From: Archaeoglobus fulgidus DSM 4304 | GTDB lineage: Archaea; Halobacteriota; Archaeoglobi; Archaeoglobales; Archaeoglobaceae | Direction of reading: 5' to 3' | DNA length: 32,000 nt | Assembly: GCF_000008665.1 (NCBI RefSeq) | Contig: NC_000917.1 | Location: 300,001-332,000 of the forward strand | Shown here: one piece after another, positions 16,764-26,006 of the stretch | Numbering within the stretch: the first letter of the stretch is position 1 | Layout: the number at the start of each line of letters is the position of its first letter | Position numbers and translations under genes: made by a program | The notes under the pieces: generated by a model | What the model saw: the letters and a program-made list of their open reading frames with translations, nothing else | Database searches by the model: none | Told to the model about the DNA's origin: nothing

Positions 16764-17723
16764 ATGAGTCTGAAAGAGTTCAAGATAGGGTGGTTTGCGA
16801 CGATTCTTGGGACTGGTGGAGTGGCCATAGCATCGCTGCCGTATTTTCCGGTGCTAAGCGTAGTTCTGACCTACCTTCTTACAGCAATCTTTGTTATTCT
16901 AACCGCAGTATGGCTGGCGAAAATAATCAGATATCCGAGGGTTGTGGCGGCAGAACTGGGACATTTTGTTATGGGAAACTTCTACCCTCTGCAACCCATT
17001 TCAGCGGTCATTCTCGCCATACTCTACAGGAAGCTCGGAATTCCCCTTGACCTGCCGCTTCTCGCTTACGGAGCTGGGCTCATTTTAGTCCTCACCGTCT
17101 ATCTCTCCTACCATTTCTTCGCCAACGTTAAGGCTGAGATTCACCACATCCATGGTGGATGGTTCATCCCTCCCGTCTCGACCATACTTGTCACAGACGC
17201 TCTGCTGCAGTACTCACCGAACGAGACCTTTTTCGTTACCTCGCTGATTTACTTCGGAATAGGTTTGATGCTGTTTCTCTTCATTTCCACGATACTCTTT
17301 CTCAGACTCGTGAACCACGAACTTCCGGTTTTCGAACTCGCACCCACAAACTTCATACTCCTCGCTCCGATAGGCATACTGATCGTTGATTTCACGCTTA
17401 TAGCAAAGCACGCAGAAGCAATATTCTCCGCAAATCTCGTTCCTCTGGCGTTGATTGCATCAATTTCGCTCTGGGGATTCGGGCTGTGGGCTCTTGCAGT
17501 TAACATTTTACTTCTTCTCAGGTACCTCAGACAAGAGATGCCCTTTTTCCTCGGCTGGTGGAGCTACGTCTTCCCCACCGCAGCCTACACACTTTCAACC
17601 ATCGCGCTTTCACACTTCGTGCCAGTGTTTAGCTACGCAGCAACTGCCCTCTACGCGTTCCTCATTGCAGCGTGGGCCATTATTGGAGTTAGAACTGTTG
17701 GCATAGCGATTAGAGGAGCTTGA
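16764..17723 (+). CDS. TDT-family (TehA/Mae1/Ssu1/SLAC1-like) membrane transporter
   Basis: About 10 TM segments; FKIGWFATILGTGGVAIAS, HHIHGGWFIPPVSTILV, FFLGWWSYVFPTAAYTLSTIAL. Confidence 0.85.
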   Translation: MSLKEFKIGWFATILGTGGVAIASLPYFPVLSVVLTYLLTAIFVILTAVWLAKIIRYPRVVAAELGHFVMGNFYPLQPISAVILAILYRKLGIPLDLPLLAYGAGLILVLTVYLSYHFFANVKAEIHHIHGGWFIPPVSTILVTDALLQYSPNETFFVTSLIYFGIGLMLFLFISTILFLRLVNHELPVFELAPTNFILLAPIGILIVDFTLIAKHAEAIFSANLVPLALIASISLWGFGLWALAVNILLLLRYLRQEMPFFLGWWSYVFPTAAYTLSTIALSHFVPVFSYAATALYAFLIAAWAIIGVRTVGIAIRGA

Positions 17724-17830
17724 CCGCAAACACTTTTCCTTTTTCTTTACCATTATTAGCTCCTCTTTAACAGAAAAAGCGCTGGAGACACTCTCGTTTT
17801 TCTTTGGTTTAAATTTTAAACGACAAAGGA

Positions 17831-17839
17831 TTTATATTA
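17831..17839 (+). promoter_or_regulatory. Candidate TATA box upstream of the AhpD-like gene
   Basis: TTTATATTA about 20-28 nt before ATG 17859; predicts a leaderless or near-leaderless transcript. Confidence 0.45.
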
Positions 17840-17858
17840 TTACTTTCTAAACAAAAAC

Positions 17859-18239
17859 ATGGTAGAAGGTAGTCAGGAGGCAAAGGTCGCAGAGATACTC
17901 CAAAAAATGGAGGAGATGATAGGCGAGGAGCCAAAGCCGCAGAAGCTATTCTCCAAGGTCGCTCCGGAGTGGCTGGAGAGGCAGATGGATGAGAGGCAGT
18001 TCGTGATGAGCCTTGAGAGCATTCCTGAGAAGTACAAGCACCTGATAATGATTGCCGTTGCAGCTGCAGTGGGAAGCAAGATGTGCACAGAGGTTTTCAC
18101 GAAGATTGCAAAGCGGAGGGGTGTGAGCGAGAGGGAGATTGGAGAAGCTATACTGGTTGCAAGGTTCGCCTTAGCTTCGACGATCTTCGCAACCGTAACT
18201 CCAGCATTGGAATGGCTTGAGGGAGGTGATGAAGAATGA
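17859..18239 (+). CDS. Carboxymuconolactone-decarboxylase/AhpD-like protein without a CxxC pair
   Basis: LIMIAVAAAVGSKMCTEVFTKIAKRRGVSEREIGEAILVARFALASTIFAT resembles the CMD domain; only one Cys. Confidence 0.65.
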   Translation: MVEGSQEAKVAEILQKMEEMIGEEPKPQKLFSKVAPEWLERQMDERQFVMSLESIPEKYKHLIMIAVAAAVGSKMCTEVFTKIAKRRGVSEREIGEAILVARFALASTIFATVTPALEWLEGGDEE

Positions 18240-18490
18240 AAGTTCTCGTTCCGCTGGACTTCTCGAAGGAGGCGGAGAAGGCGCTTGAGAAGTACGACGT
18301 TGAGAAGAGGATTGTAAAGGCAGGGAAATGCTGGAAAGTAATCATCGACACAGCGGAGGAGGAAGGAGTTGACATGATAGTGATGACGGAGAGGGGAAGT
18401 GGTGCGGTTGCGGAGATCGGCGATGCGCTCGGCTCCTGTGCTGAGAAGGTTGCGAGGCATGCCAGAAACCCTGTGTTAATAGTGAGGTGA
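18236..18490 (+). CDS. Very short universal-stress-protein-like ORF (84 aa)
   Basis: MKVLVPLDFSKEAEKALEKY at the N-terminus, DTAEEEGVDMIVMTERGSG...GSCAEKVARHARNPVLIVR at the C-terminus; the central part of a normal Usp is missing. ATGA overlap with the upstream gene. Confidence 0.7.
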   Translation: MKVLVPLDFSKEAEKALEKYDVEKRIVKAGKCWKVIIDTAEEEGVDMIVMTERGSGAVAEIGDALGSCAEKVARHARNPVLIVR

Positions 18491-18495
18491 TTTGA

Positions 18496-18852
18496 ATGGA
18501 CCCGATAACCGCCACGCTGCTTTTCGTTACCGGGCTGATAGCCGGAACGCTCGGCGGTCTGCTTGGCATTGGTGGCTGCGTTATAATGCTCCCTGCCCTC
18601 GCATTCCTCTTCAACTACCCGCTGCCGGTAGCGATAGGGACGACGATAACGGCTGTGATTTTAACCGCAAGCTCCGGAGCTGTAGGCCACATAAGGCTGA
18701 AGAACGTGGACTACTCAACTGCAAAGGTTGTTGCGGCAAGCGGTGCGGTTGGGGCTGCAGTTGGGAGCATAATCTTCTTCTACATCGCAAACCAGCTGTG
18801 GCTTCTGAACTTCATCCTCGGCTTTGCCTTCCTCTACGTCAGCATAGGATGA
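18496..18852 (+). CDS. TauE/SafE-family permease, N-terminal half
   Basis: LLFVTGLIAGTLGGLLGIGGCVIMLPALAFLFNYPLPVAIGTTITAVILTASSGAVGHIRL. ORF ends at TGA 18850-18852. Confidence 0.8.
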   Translation: MDPITATLLFVTGLIAGTLGGLLGIGGCVIMLPALAFLFNYPLPVAIGTTITAVILTASSGAVGHIRLKNVDYSTAKVVAASGAVGAAVGSIIFFYIANQLWLLNFILGFAFLYVSIG

Positions 18853-19127
18853 TTTACGAGGGAACGATAAAGAGGGCGATGCCCGAAAAGCCCGGAAATG
18901 AGGTTCCCGGCTCAAGCACGGCGAAAGCAACCATAGGATTCGTTATAGGTATCATCACGGGAATCGTCGGGCTTGGAGGAGGATACGCTCTTGTTCCTTC
19001 ATTCATATACCTCCTCGGCTCGGCCGTGAAAATAGCCGTTGGCACCTCACTGGCTGAAGTACTGCTACCTCCGTTTCTACCTCAGACCAAAGTTCATATG
19101 GAAGGAAATCAGAAAGGGTCGCTTTAA
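18849..19127 (+). pseudogene. TauE/SafE-family permease, C-terminal half, frame-shifted and 3'-truncated
   Basis: MIYEGTIKRAMPEK...FVIGIITGIVGLGGGYALVPSFIYLLGSAVKIAVGTSLA continues the permease in a different frame, then degenerates (EVLLPPFLPQTKVHMEGNQKGSL*). Confidence 0.65.
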
Positions 19128-19179
19128 GGTTGTCCAGGAGATTGTAATGAGGGCTATAAAGGGAGGTAGGGAGAGCTAA
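19051..19179 (+). pseudogene. C-terminal remnant possibly from a B12-binding/radical-SAM-like gene
   Basis: Open frame WLKYCYLRFYLRPKFIWKEIRKGRFKVVQEIVMRAIKGGRES*. 'RFYLRPKFI' resembles the tail of BchE-like radical SAM proteins. No start codon and upstream in-frame stops. Confidence 0.4.
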
Positions 19180-19183
19180 ATCA

Positions 19184-19266
19184 TGCGGGGGGAGGGATTC
19201 GAACCCTCGAACCCCTACGGGACTGGACCCTAAATCCAGCGCCTTTGGCCGCTCGGCAACCCCCGC
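19184..19266 (-). tRNA. tRNA-Leu (anticodon UAG)
   Basis: Minus strand GCGGGGGTTGCCGAGCGGCCAAAGGCGCTGGATTTAGGGTCCAGTCCCGTAGGGGTTCGAGGGTTCGAATCCCTCCCCCCGCA: 7-bp acceptor stem, CTGGA-TTTAGGG-TCCAG anticodon arm, long variable arm, GGTTCGAATCC T-arm. Confidence 0.96.
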
Positions 19267-19308
19267 TTAAATTGCGTTTACGTAGCGGATAAAGAAAATT
19301 TTGGTCGC

Positions 19309-19989
19309 TTAAAAAATCTCCGCTTCTTCGTAAACAACTATTCCAGAATCGGTGATGATGTATGGCTTGGGCTTTCTTGAATGCTTGACTCTCCTCATTT
19401 TAACGACCTCAAGCCCCAAGGTGGGCTCATCGAGCTCGCTCTTCCTGACAACCTTCAGGCTGATCATACCATCGCAGATGTACTCCAGAATTCCGTACTT
19501 CGAGGTGTTCGGCTGGTATTTGTCCGCCTCGCTTGTAATTATTGCGGTAATGCCGTTTTCCTTGAGCATTTTTCTGAAAGCTGCGAGCATGCTGTATCTG
19601 CCTGCATCATCGAAAAGCGTCTCGAGAACGCTTATGGAATCAACCAGCATTCTACTAACTCCTAAACTTCTGACGATCTCAGGTAAATCGCTCTCCAGCT
19701 TTTCGAGGCTTTTTTTAACCTCCGACGCCTCCAGCCTGACTATGTGGACTTTGTCTCCAAAGGCCGTCAAGTCCATTCCCACGCTCTTAGCATCCCCAAT
19801 TATGCTCTCCTCATCCTCGTCAAAGCTAATAATCATGCACGCCTCCCCATTCTTCAAGCCCTCGTAGATGAAGTGCAGACCCAGCGTCGTCTTGCCGGTT
19901 CCGTACTGGCCAACAACCGCAACAATATGCCCCTCGGGAATCCCCCCACCCAGAATTGCATCCAGTCCCTCAATCCCCGTCTTCAGCAT
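19309..19989 (-). CDS. KaiC/RadA-like RecA-fold ATPase, intact Walker A
   Basis: LKTGIEGLDAILGGGIPEGHIVAVVGQYGTGKTTLGLHFIYEG; Walker B SRMLVDSISVLE; C-terminal LGLEVVKMRRVKHSRKPKPYIITDSGIVV typical of archaeal KaiC-like proteins. Confidence 0.9.
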   Translation of the reverse strand: MLKTGIEGLDAILGGGIPEGHIVAVVGQYGTGKTTLGLHFIYEGLKNGEACMIISFDEDEESIIGDAKSVGMDLTAFGDKVHIVRLEASEVKKSLEKLESDLPEIVRSLGVSRMLVDSISVLETLFDDAGRYSMLAAFRKMLKENGITAIITSEADKYQPNTSKYGILEYICDGMISLKVVRKSELDEPTLGLEVVKMRRVKHSRKPKPYIITDSGIVVYEEAEIF

Positions 19990-19998
19990 CCGACCACC

Positions 19999-20760
19999 TC
20001 ACATGACCCTCATGATCCTCGAAATCGTGAAGCCTATTACAGGATCGATTTTTACTGAGTATTTAACAATTCTCTCCTTTTCTATCTTGGGCAGCAGTCC
20101 AAGGAACTTTCTAAAGTACATCCAACGCAGTATTGTGTCTTTTTCAACTGACCACTCAAAAATGACCACTCCATCAGCCTGGTCGAGCATTTCCTCTTCC
20201 TTCCCCTTCTCGAAAACCTCCGAAGTCAGGAGAGCGGTTAGCAGAATGTTGTTCTTTATACAGTAAACCCTTATACCCTTCAGCAGGTCAACGAAGTTCT
20301 CCCAGCCAAGTCTGTTCACCGCCGCCCTGGCAAGGTCTGTGAGGGAGTCCAAAAAAACGTAGCTGTTACTCTCAAGGCCGTCAAAGAACTCAACGAGCTT
20401 CGTAAACAGATTCTTCTCACCCTTCAATAGCTCGATCGCAACTCCCCTCTCAGAAACCCACTTGAGGGGAACAAGCGTGTCCTTGAAGTAAAAGTCCGCA
20501 AGGCTCACTACTTCAATATCAGGTACGCTGCCCCTTTCGGGGATGGCGCTTTCGAGCTCCTTTTTAACGACGTCAATTGGCTTTGAGATGGACAGATACC
20601 GGATTTTGAACTTGTCCGCGTTGTTGAACATCGAAGTTACTGCAAACTCTCTGCCCCCTGCTCCGGCGTTCTCGTAGAGAATCACCAAACCCGGTGGGAA
20701 GCCCCCTATCTGCTTGTCCAGAAATTCGAGGCCTGTTGGAAAAGTCTCAGTCAACTTCAA
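19999..20760 (-). CDS. KaiC/RecA-fold homologue with degenerate Walker A
   Basis: FPTGLEFLDKQIGGFPPGLVILYENAGAGGREFAVTSMFN replaces GxxGxGKT; Walker-B-like SYVFLDSLTDLARA retained. Confidence 0.75.
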   Translation of the reverse strand: MKLTETFPTGLEFLDKQIGGFPPGLVILYENAGAGGREFAVTSMFNNADKFKIRYLSISKPIDVVKKELESAIPERGSVPDIEVVSLADFYFKDTLVPLKWVSERGVAIELLKGEKNLFTKLVEFFDGLESNSYVFLDSLTDLARAAVNRLGWENFVDLLKGIRVYCIKNNILLTALLTSEVFEKGKEEEMLDQADGVVIFEWSVEKDTILRWMYFRKFLGLLPKIEKERIVKYSVKIDPVIGFTISRIMRVM

Positions 20761-21307
20761 TCACCTCATCGACCATCAGGGAAATCTGGGAGTAGTAGCT
20801 CTCGTCCATTTCCTTCTCAATGGTGAAGATTGTTCCTACAAAACCCCTTAACCTCATTTTTCCTGTGAGATGCCTCAGGAACTTAACGAGGGTTTCAAAG
20901 GACTTGTAGAGAGATATCGTCGAGAGGGAGTCGAGGTAAATGAACCTATTATTTACTGTAACCAGGTCCATTGCCCTCTCTATTGTTACCTGCAACTGTA
21001 CCGGATCGGGAGAGGTGAGGTAGAAGCACCTCTCCTCGTCAATAACCTGTCCACCGAGCTGAAGGGTAATGCAGTCGATGAAGTAAAGCTTGCTGATATC
21101 CACGCCCTCCTTCAGCAGCATCTTCTTCAGGCTGAAGTAGGGGCGGTTGAGGGTGACAAAGATTCCCTCCGCAAACTCCGTGAAGTGCTTGACCAGCTCT
21201 AAGCTCATCTTCACATACTTCTTCGAATCAACTTTAACCAGTATAATTTCCGCTCCGCGGTCTATAGCTTCTTTAACAAGCTCAACCGCGTTTGTATTCG
21301 TAGTCAT
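20747..21307 (-). CDS. Divergent RecA-fold homologue lacking Walker A
   Basis: ILVKVDSKKYVKMSLELVKHF; RFIYLDSLSTISLYKSFETLVKFLRHLTGKMR aligns by eye with the Walker-B/helix region of the neighbours. Confidence 0.65.
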   Translation of the reverse strand: MTTNTNAVELVKEAIDRGAEIILVKVDSKKYVKMSLELVKHFTEFAEGIFVTLNRPYFSLKKMLLKEGVDISKLYFIDCITLQLGGQVIDEERCFYLTSPDPVQLQVTIERAMDLVTVNNRFIYLDSLSTISLYKSFETLVKFLRHLTGKMRLRGFVGTIFTIEKEMDESYYSQISLMVDEVIEVD

Positions 21308-21998
21308 AGCTTCTCTTCACAATGTATCCGTCCTTTATAACCACACCCTCGTCAGTAATTTCGTAAGGAATCCACTCAAGCGGCACCCTCGTTCTGTACT
21401 TCTTCAGGATTCTCATCGCCCTCTGGTAACCTTCCTGAGTTCGCAGAAGGTTTAGGAAGATTACGCTGTCAACGATGTTCTTTGTGCTGCTCCAATCGCC
21501 CTGCATGGGAGCCTCCTCTATCCAGAGGGATGTAATCTCGTAATCGTAGGAGAGGTCCGACATGTAGGTCAAAGCCCTCCTGTAAAGCACCGGATCCGCC
21601 AGTGCGAGTTCGAGGTCTGTGCAGGAATCAAAAACGACTCTATCAATATCCTTACCGTCCATTCCGAAAGTTGCCCTTAGCCCTTCAACAATTTTCTCCC
21701 TCGTCAGCGGAAGAACGAACTTGGGGTCGACCCGTATGAACCTCCACTTTATTTTGTCGTAAACATCCTCCATGAACGGGAACCTGCCGAGATAGGCTTT
21801 GCAGTTTTTCTTGTTCATGGTGGTTGAGAGATACACAACAGTCTCATCATTTCTAGCCCCCTCCGCCGCCCAGTGTGCAGCAAGAATTGTTTTTCCAATT
21901 CCGCTCCTTCCAATGATCAGATTTTCGGTGTATCTGTCGAGTCCGCCGCCAAGCAACTCGTCCAGTCTGCTAATGCCGAACTTGGCAACATCGGTCAT
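21282..21998 (-). CDS. KaiC-like RecA-fold ATPase, intact Walker A
   Basis: FGISRLDELLGGGLDRYTENLIIGRSGIGKTILAAHWAAEGARND; VVFDSCTDLELA; C-terminal IPYEITDEGVVIKDGY. Confidence 0.88.
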   Translation of the reverse strand: MTDVAKFGISRLDELLGGGLDRYTENLIIGRSGIGKTILAAHWAAEGARNDETVVYLSTTMNKKNCKAYLGRFPFMEDVYDKIKWRFIRVDPKFVLPLTREKIVEGLRATFGMDGKDIDRVVFDSCTDLELALADPVLYRRALTYMSDLSYDYEITSLWIEEAPMQGDWSSTKNIVDSVIFLNLLRTQEGYQRAMRILKKYRTRVPLEWIPYEITDEGVVIKDGYIVKRSYDYEYKRG

Positions 21999-22088
21999 AA
22001 AATAAATTGCGAATAATAGTAAATAAATTTTACTTGCAAAGTTGAAATAATGCGAAGCTGTTTAATACTTTCAGCCCCTCTTTCTTTC

Positions 22089-22259
22089 ATGCCTGCTGTG
22101 GTTGATGCTTCGCTGTGTGATGGCTGCGGCACTTGTGTAGATGAGTGCCCTGTTGGGGCTATAGAGCTCAACGACTACGCTCATGTGGATGAAGAGATAT
22201 GCACTGAATGCGGAGCTTGTGTAGACGTGTGCCCAACTGAGGCGATTAGCCTTGAGTAG
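22089..22259 (+). CDS. 2[4Fe-4S] ferredoxin
   Basis: CDGCGTCVDECP and CTECGACVDVCP; likely start Met at 22089. Confidence 0.93.
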   Translation: MPAVVDASLCDGCGTCVDECPVGAIELNDYAHVDEEICTECGACVDVCPTEAISLE

Positions 22260-23139
22260 CGCAATAGGCTTCGGAGCTCTTAACCTCGACAAGATTTACA
22301 CCGTTGACAAAATCCCAAGGGAGGATGAAGAAGGCTTCGTCATCGATTTGAAGCTCTCTCCTGGTGGTAGTGCGGCAAACACAATTGTGGGGCTTTCGAG
22401 ACTAGGCATTGAGACAGCATACATAGGTAAGGTCGGAAGCGATGAAGAAGGCAGAATTCTCCTCGCTGATTTTGAAAGAGAGGGCGTGAGCACGGATTTC
22501 GTAATCAGGGCGGAGGGGAGAAGCGGAACTGCCATGATTTTCGTTGACGAGAAGGGAAACAGGGCCATCCTCGTCGATCCTGGTGTGAACGACACAATAG
22601 CCTACGATGAAATCGACGTCGATTCAGCGAGAAAGTACGACCTCATCCACCTAACTTCCTTCATATGCAAGAACGGTCTGGATTCGCTGAACTCGCAAAA
22701 AAGGATAGTTGAGGAGTTTGATAGTGTCAGCTTCGACCCCGGAATGCCCTACGCTGAGAGGGGACTGGGGGACATGGAGAAAATTCTGAAAAACACCACG
22801 ATATTCCTCCCAAACAGGCAGGAAATCGAGATGCTCTTTTCGGAGGATTACAGGACTGCAGCGGAACGCTGCATTGAAATGGGTATTGAAATAGTTGCGG
22901 TCAAGCTCGGCTCGGAGGGATGCTGGATAAAAAAGGGAGACAGGGAAGTTACCGTAAAGCCCGTGAGCACAAAGGTTGTTGACACAACGGGTGCGGGAGA
23001 TGCTTTCAACGCCGGATTCCTATATGGATACCTGAAAGGAAAGGACATAGAGGAGTGCGGAAGGCTCGGAAACTTTGTTGCGGCGAAGTGCATAGAAAAG
23101 TACGGTGCAAGAGAGGGCCTTCCTAGAAGTGTGGATTAA
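22252..23139 (+). CDS. PfkB/ribokinase-family sugar or nucleoside kinase
   Basis: [31 protein letters not shown]; TTG start overlapping the ferredoxin stop. Confidence 0.9.
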
Positions 23140-24542
23140 TCAGTCCTTTCAATCACAGCCTCTCCGAGACCTATCCACCTTACTCTGTAGCCGAAAGCCC
23201 GGATAGCGCTCTCTCCGAGACCGTACTTTTTAAGAATGGCTTTGATATCTTCGAGAGTTGATGGGTTCGAAACCTCAATCTCCCTTTTTATCTCCTCGAA
23301 AATCTCCCTCCTCACAGCATATTTCCCCGCGATCACGTACTCTGAAGGAACTTCCGCAAAGTTTTCCAGCTCCACAACGTCCCCCTCAACTTTCTTTTCC
23401 GGTTTATACCTCTTCAGCGCTTTAATAACCTCCCCGTAAGGGATTTTTCTGCTGAAGAGTATTACGTCTTTCACATTAGCTCCGCCGTCTCCAAAGTCCT
23501 CCCTTGCAATCAGAATCAGCGGAATTGAAGAGCTTTTAATCTTCTCAGCCTTCTTCCTGAGATACTCGTCCGTCCAGAAACCTGCTATTTCAATGTAAAC
23601 CTTCTTATCTCCCAAATTTACCGCAAAATCCGGTATAAATGCGTACTTTCCCGCTTTAACCACATCAGGCTCCCTCTCCACTTCGTAACCTAGCATCTGC
23701 ATCTTCCTTGCAAACTCCTCCTCGAGCGTTGAGTCGTAGGATAAGCGCTCCTCAACATCTGGAAAGAGGTCCCTTATCCTGTCGTCGATTTCCATGATGT
23801 ATAGCCTGTCGAAGTCCGAAATCTCAGCCCTGATGAACCAGTTTTTCGCCCGCAGTATCCACGGAATGAGCTTTGCAAAGGAGACGCCGTACTTTCGAGT
23901 CATCTTCAAGAGTGTTGCCGCTCCCGTAACCTCAACCATTAGCCTGCCAGAATCCTCATAAAGTTCGTACATCAACCCCAAACGCTTTATCGACCTGAAT
24001 ATTTCCTTATGTCTGTCGGATGCCCAGAACGTCAGCCTCAGAGCGTTGAAAAGGGTCGTCTGAAGAAGAGAAAGGTTGTAGAGCTTTATGAGGTTGTCGG
24101 GAGTCAAGGGTCTAAATTTCGTTAGAATCAACTCCTCTTCCCTGTCGGCATACATCGCCCTCTCAACCGTCTCAGGAGTAGTGCTGAAGTATCTCGCGAC
24201 ATACTCCAGAACCCTGTCCCTCTCCTTCTTAGACGTAACAAAGCCGTGTTCGAAGAGCAGCATTCTGACCTTTCTCGGCTCAAGCTCGCTGTCGACATCG
24301 AAGGCGCAGCTTTTCTCGATGCAGTGGTTCTCAAGCACCCTGATGAATCCCCTGACCTTCTTGAAGTTCTTCGCATTCTCAAGCTTTCTCGCCTGCTTCA
24401 TCAGATTGCCGTATTTCTTTCCCAATCCCTTCTTGAAAATCTCAATTACCTTTTCCGCCAGTTCGTAGTCCCTCTCATCCGCAAATTTCGGAAAAATTCT
24501 TCCCTTTGCCCTTCTGACGTCAAGCAGCTCCTTTGGCAGCAT
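23136..24542 (-). CDS. bax1: Bax1-type nuclease, XPB partner
   Basis: Gene overlaps and lies immediately downstream of archaeal XPB, as for Bax1; DUF790-like body with nuclease-like [32 protein letters not shown]. Confidence 0.88.
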
Positions 24543-25878
24543 TCTTTCTCCTCCTCGCTGTGTTCACCTCTCCTGTCCCTCTGGAAATCAGCTCATACAG
24601 CACGGCTTCCTTTTTCCCCTTGGACGGTCTGAGAATTCTCCCGAGTCGCTGGATGTACTCCCTCGCGCTACCGCTACCGCTCATTATCACACCGACGTTG
24701 GCATCAGGCACGTCAATCCCCTCGTCGAGAACCTGGCTGCTCACAATTGCCCTGAATCTGCCCGTCCTGAAGCCCTCAAGTATCTCCTCCCTCTCCTCCC
24801 TGCTGGTTCGATGCGTTATTGCCGGAATCAGAAAAACTTTCGAAATCCTGTAGACGAGCTCGTTGTGGCGGGTGAAGATTATGATTTTGTCTTTCCTGTG
24901 CCTCTCGAGTATCTCCCTCAGCTTCCTGATTTTGTTTTTGGAGTTAAAGGCTATCCTCCTCGCCTCTTCCCACGCCCTCAACGCCTCATAAGCCCTTTCA
25001 TCGTATCCAGAGGCCATAACTATCTTGTTGAAGTCCTCCGCCCTTCTCAGCGTTATTCCCCTTGCCCTGAGAAACTGCTTGTACACTTTCTCCCTTTTCT
25101 CGTACTCCACCCTCTCGTCCTCAGCAAGAGGGACAAAAATTCTTTTTATCGTGTATTTCGCAAGGTGCTTTCCCGCCAGGCTGTCTGGAAAAAGCTCGAA
25201 AACCTTCCCACCAACCACTTCCTTTAGAATTTCATGCCTTCCATCCTCCCTTTCGAAAGTTGCCGTCAGTCCCAGCCTGAAGGGAGCAATAGACATCTGA
25301 GCTATCTGGACGTAGGACTCGGCTGGAAGGTGGTGCACCTCATCGAAAATGAGAAGCATAAACCTGTTTCCCAGCTTTTCAGCGTTTACGTATGCGGAGT
25401 CGTAGGTTGAGACGGTGAGGGGTTTCAGCTCTTTTATTCTGCCACTGAACTCTCCAACGTACTCCTCACCGAAAATTCCCAGCCTCTCCTTCCACTGTTC
25501 AGCGAGGGCAAGAGTTGGGACCACAATAAGAGTTGGGGTTGAAAGCTCGTTAATAGCAGCCATTGCAACGTGAGTTTTTCCTGAGCCTGTTGGAAGGACA
25601 ATACAACCTCTTTTATCAACAAGCCACCTCTCCAGCGCCTTTTCCTGATAATCTCTCAGGCTGATTTCAGCATCGAAGTAGGGTGTGGGAATTGGGTCCG
25701 CTGCGTTGTCAACAAACTCAATGCCGTTACTTTCAAAGTACTCGATTATGTCCCTATATCTGAAGGCAAGCGCCCTGTAAGTTCCGCTTCGAGAATCGAA
25801 CTTAGCATGAGGAACGTGAGCATCACCTTTAACAACAATTGTTCCCCGTTCATAATATATTTCAGCAATCATTTGCAT
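24520..25878 (-). CDS. xpb: Archaeal XPB/Rad25 superfamily 2 DNA helicase
   Basis: [35 protein letters not shown] (RED motif), thumb-like insert, [25 protein letters not shown]. Confidence 0.95.
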
Positions 25879-25977
25879 ACCTCCGTTTTCATACCTTTAA
25901 GCTTTGCTGGCAGGTGAATAACACTTTACTTCCTTCACAACGTTCTGCATCTTCAGCAGCCGCAACAACGGGAAAAA

Positions 25978-25986
25978 TTTATATGG
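25978..25986 (+). promoter_or_regulatory. Candidate TATA box for the PRC-barrel gene
   Basis: TTTATATGG, about 21-29 nt upstream of ATG 26007; predicts a leaderless transcript. Confidence 0.45.
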
Positions 25987-26006
25987 ATGGATTGAAAATT
26001 TAGTTC

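Noticed and set aside
18492-19127. Treating the whole 211-aa track ORF as one protein
   Set aside because: Its first ~118 residues are the wrong frame of the permease first half; only the part from MIYEG (18849) resembles a real protein.
19180-19308. attL/attR-type direct repeat of the tRNA-Leu 3' end marking an integrated element
   Set aside because: No second copy of the tRNA 3' segment was noticed elsewhere in the window; integration remains untested.
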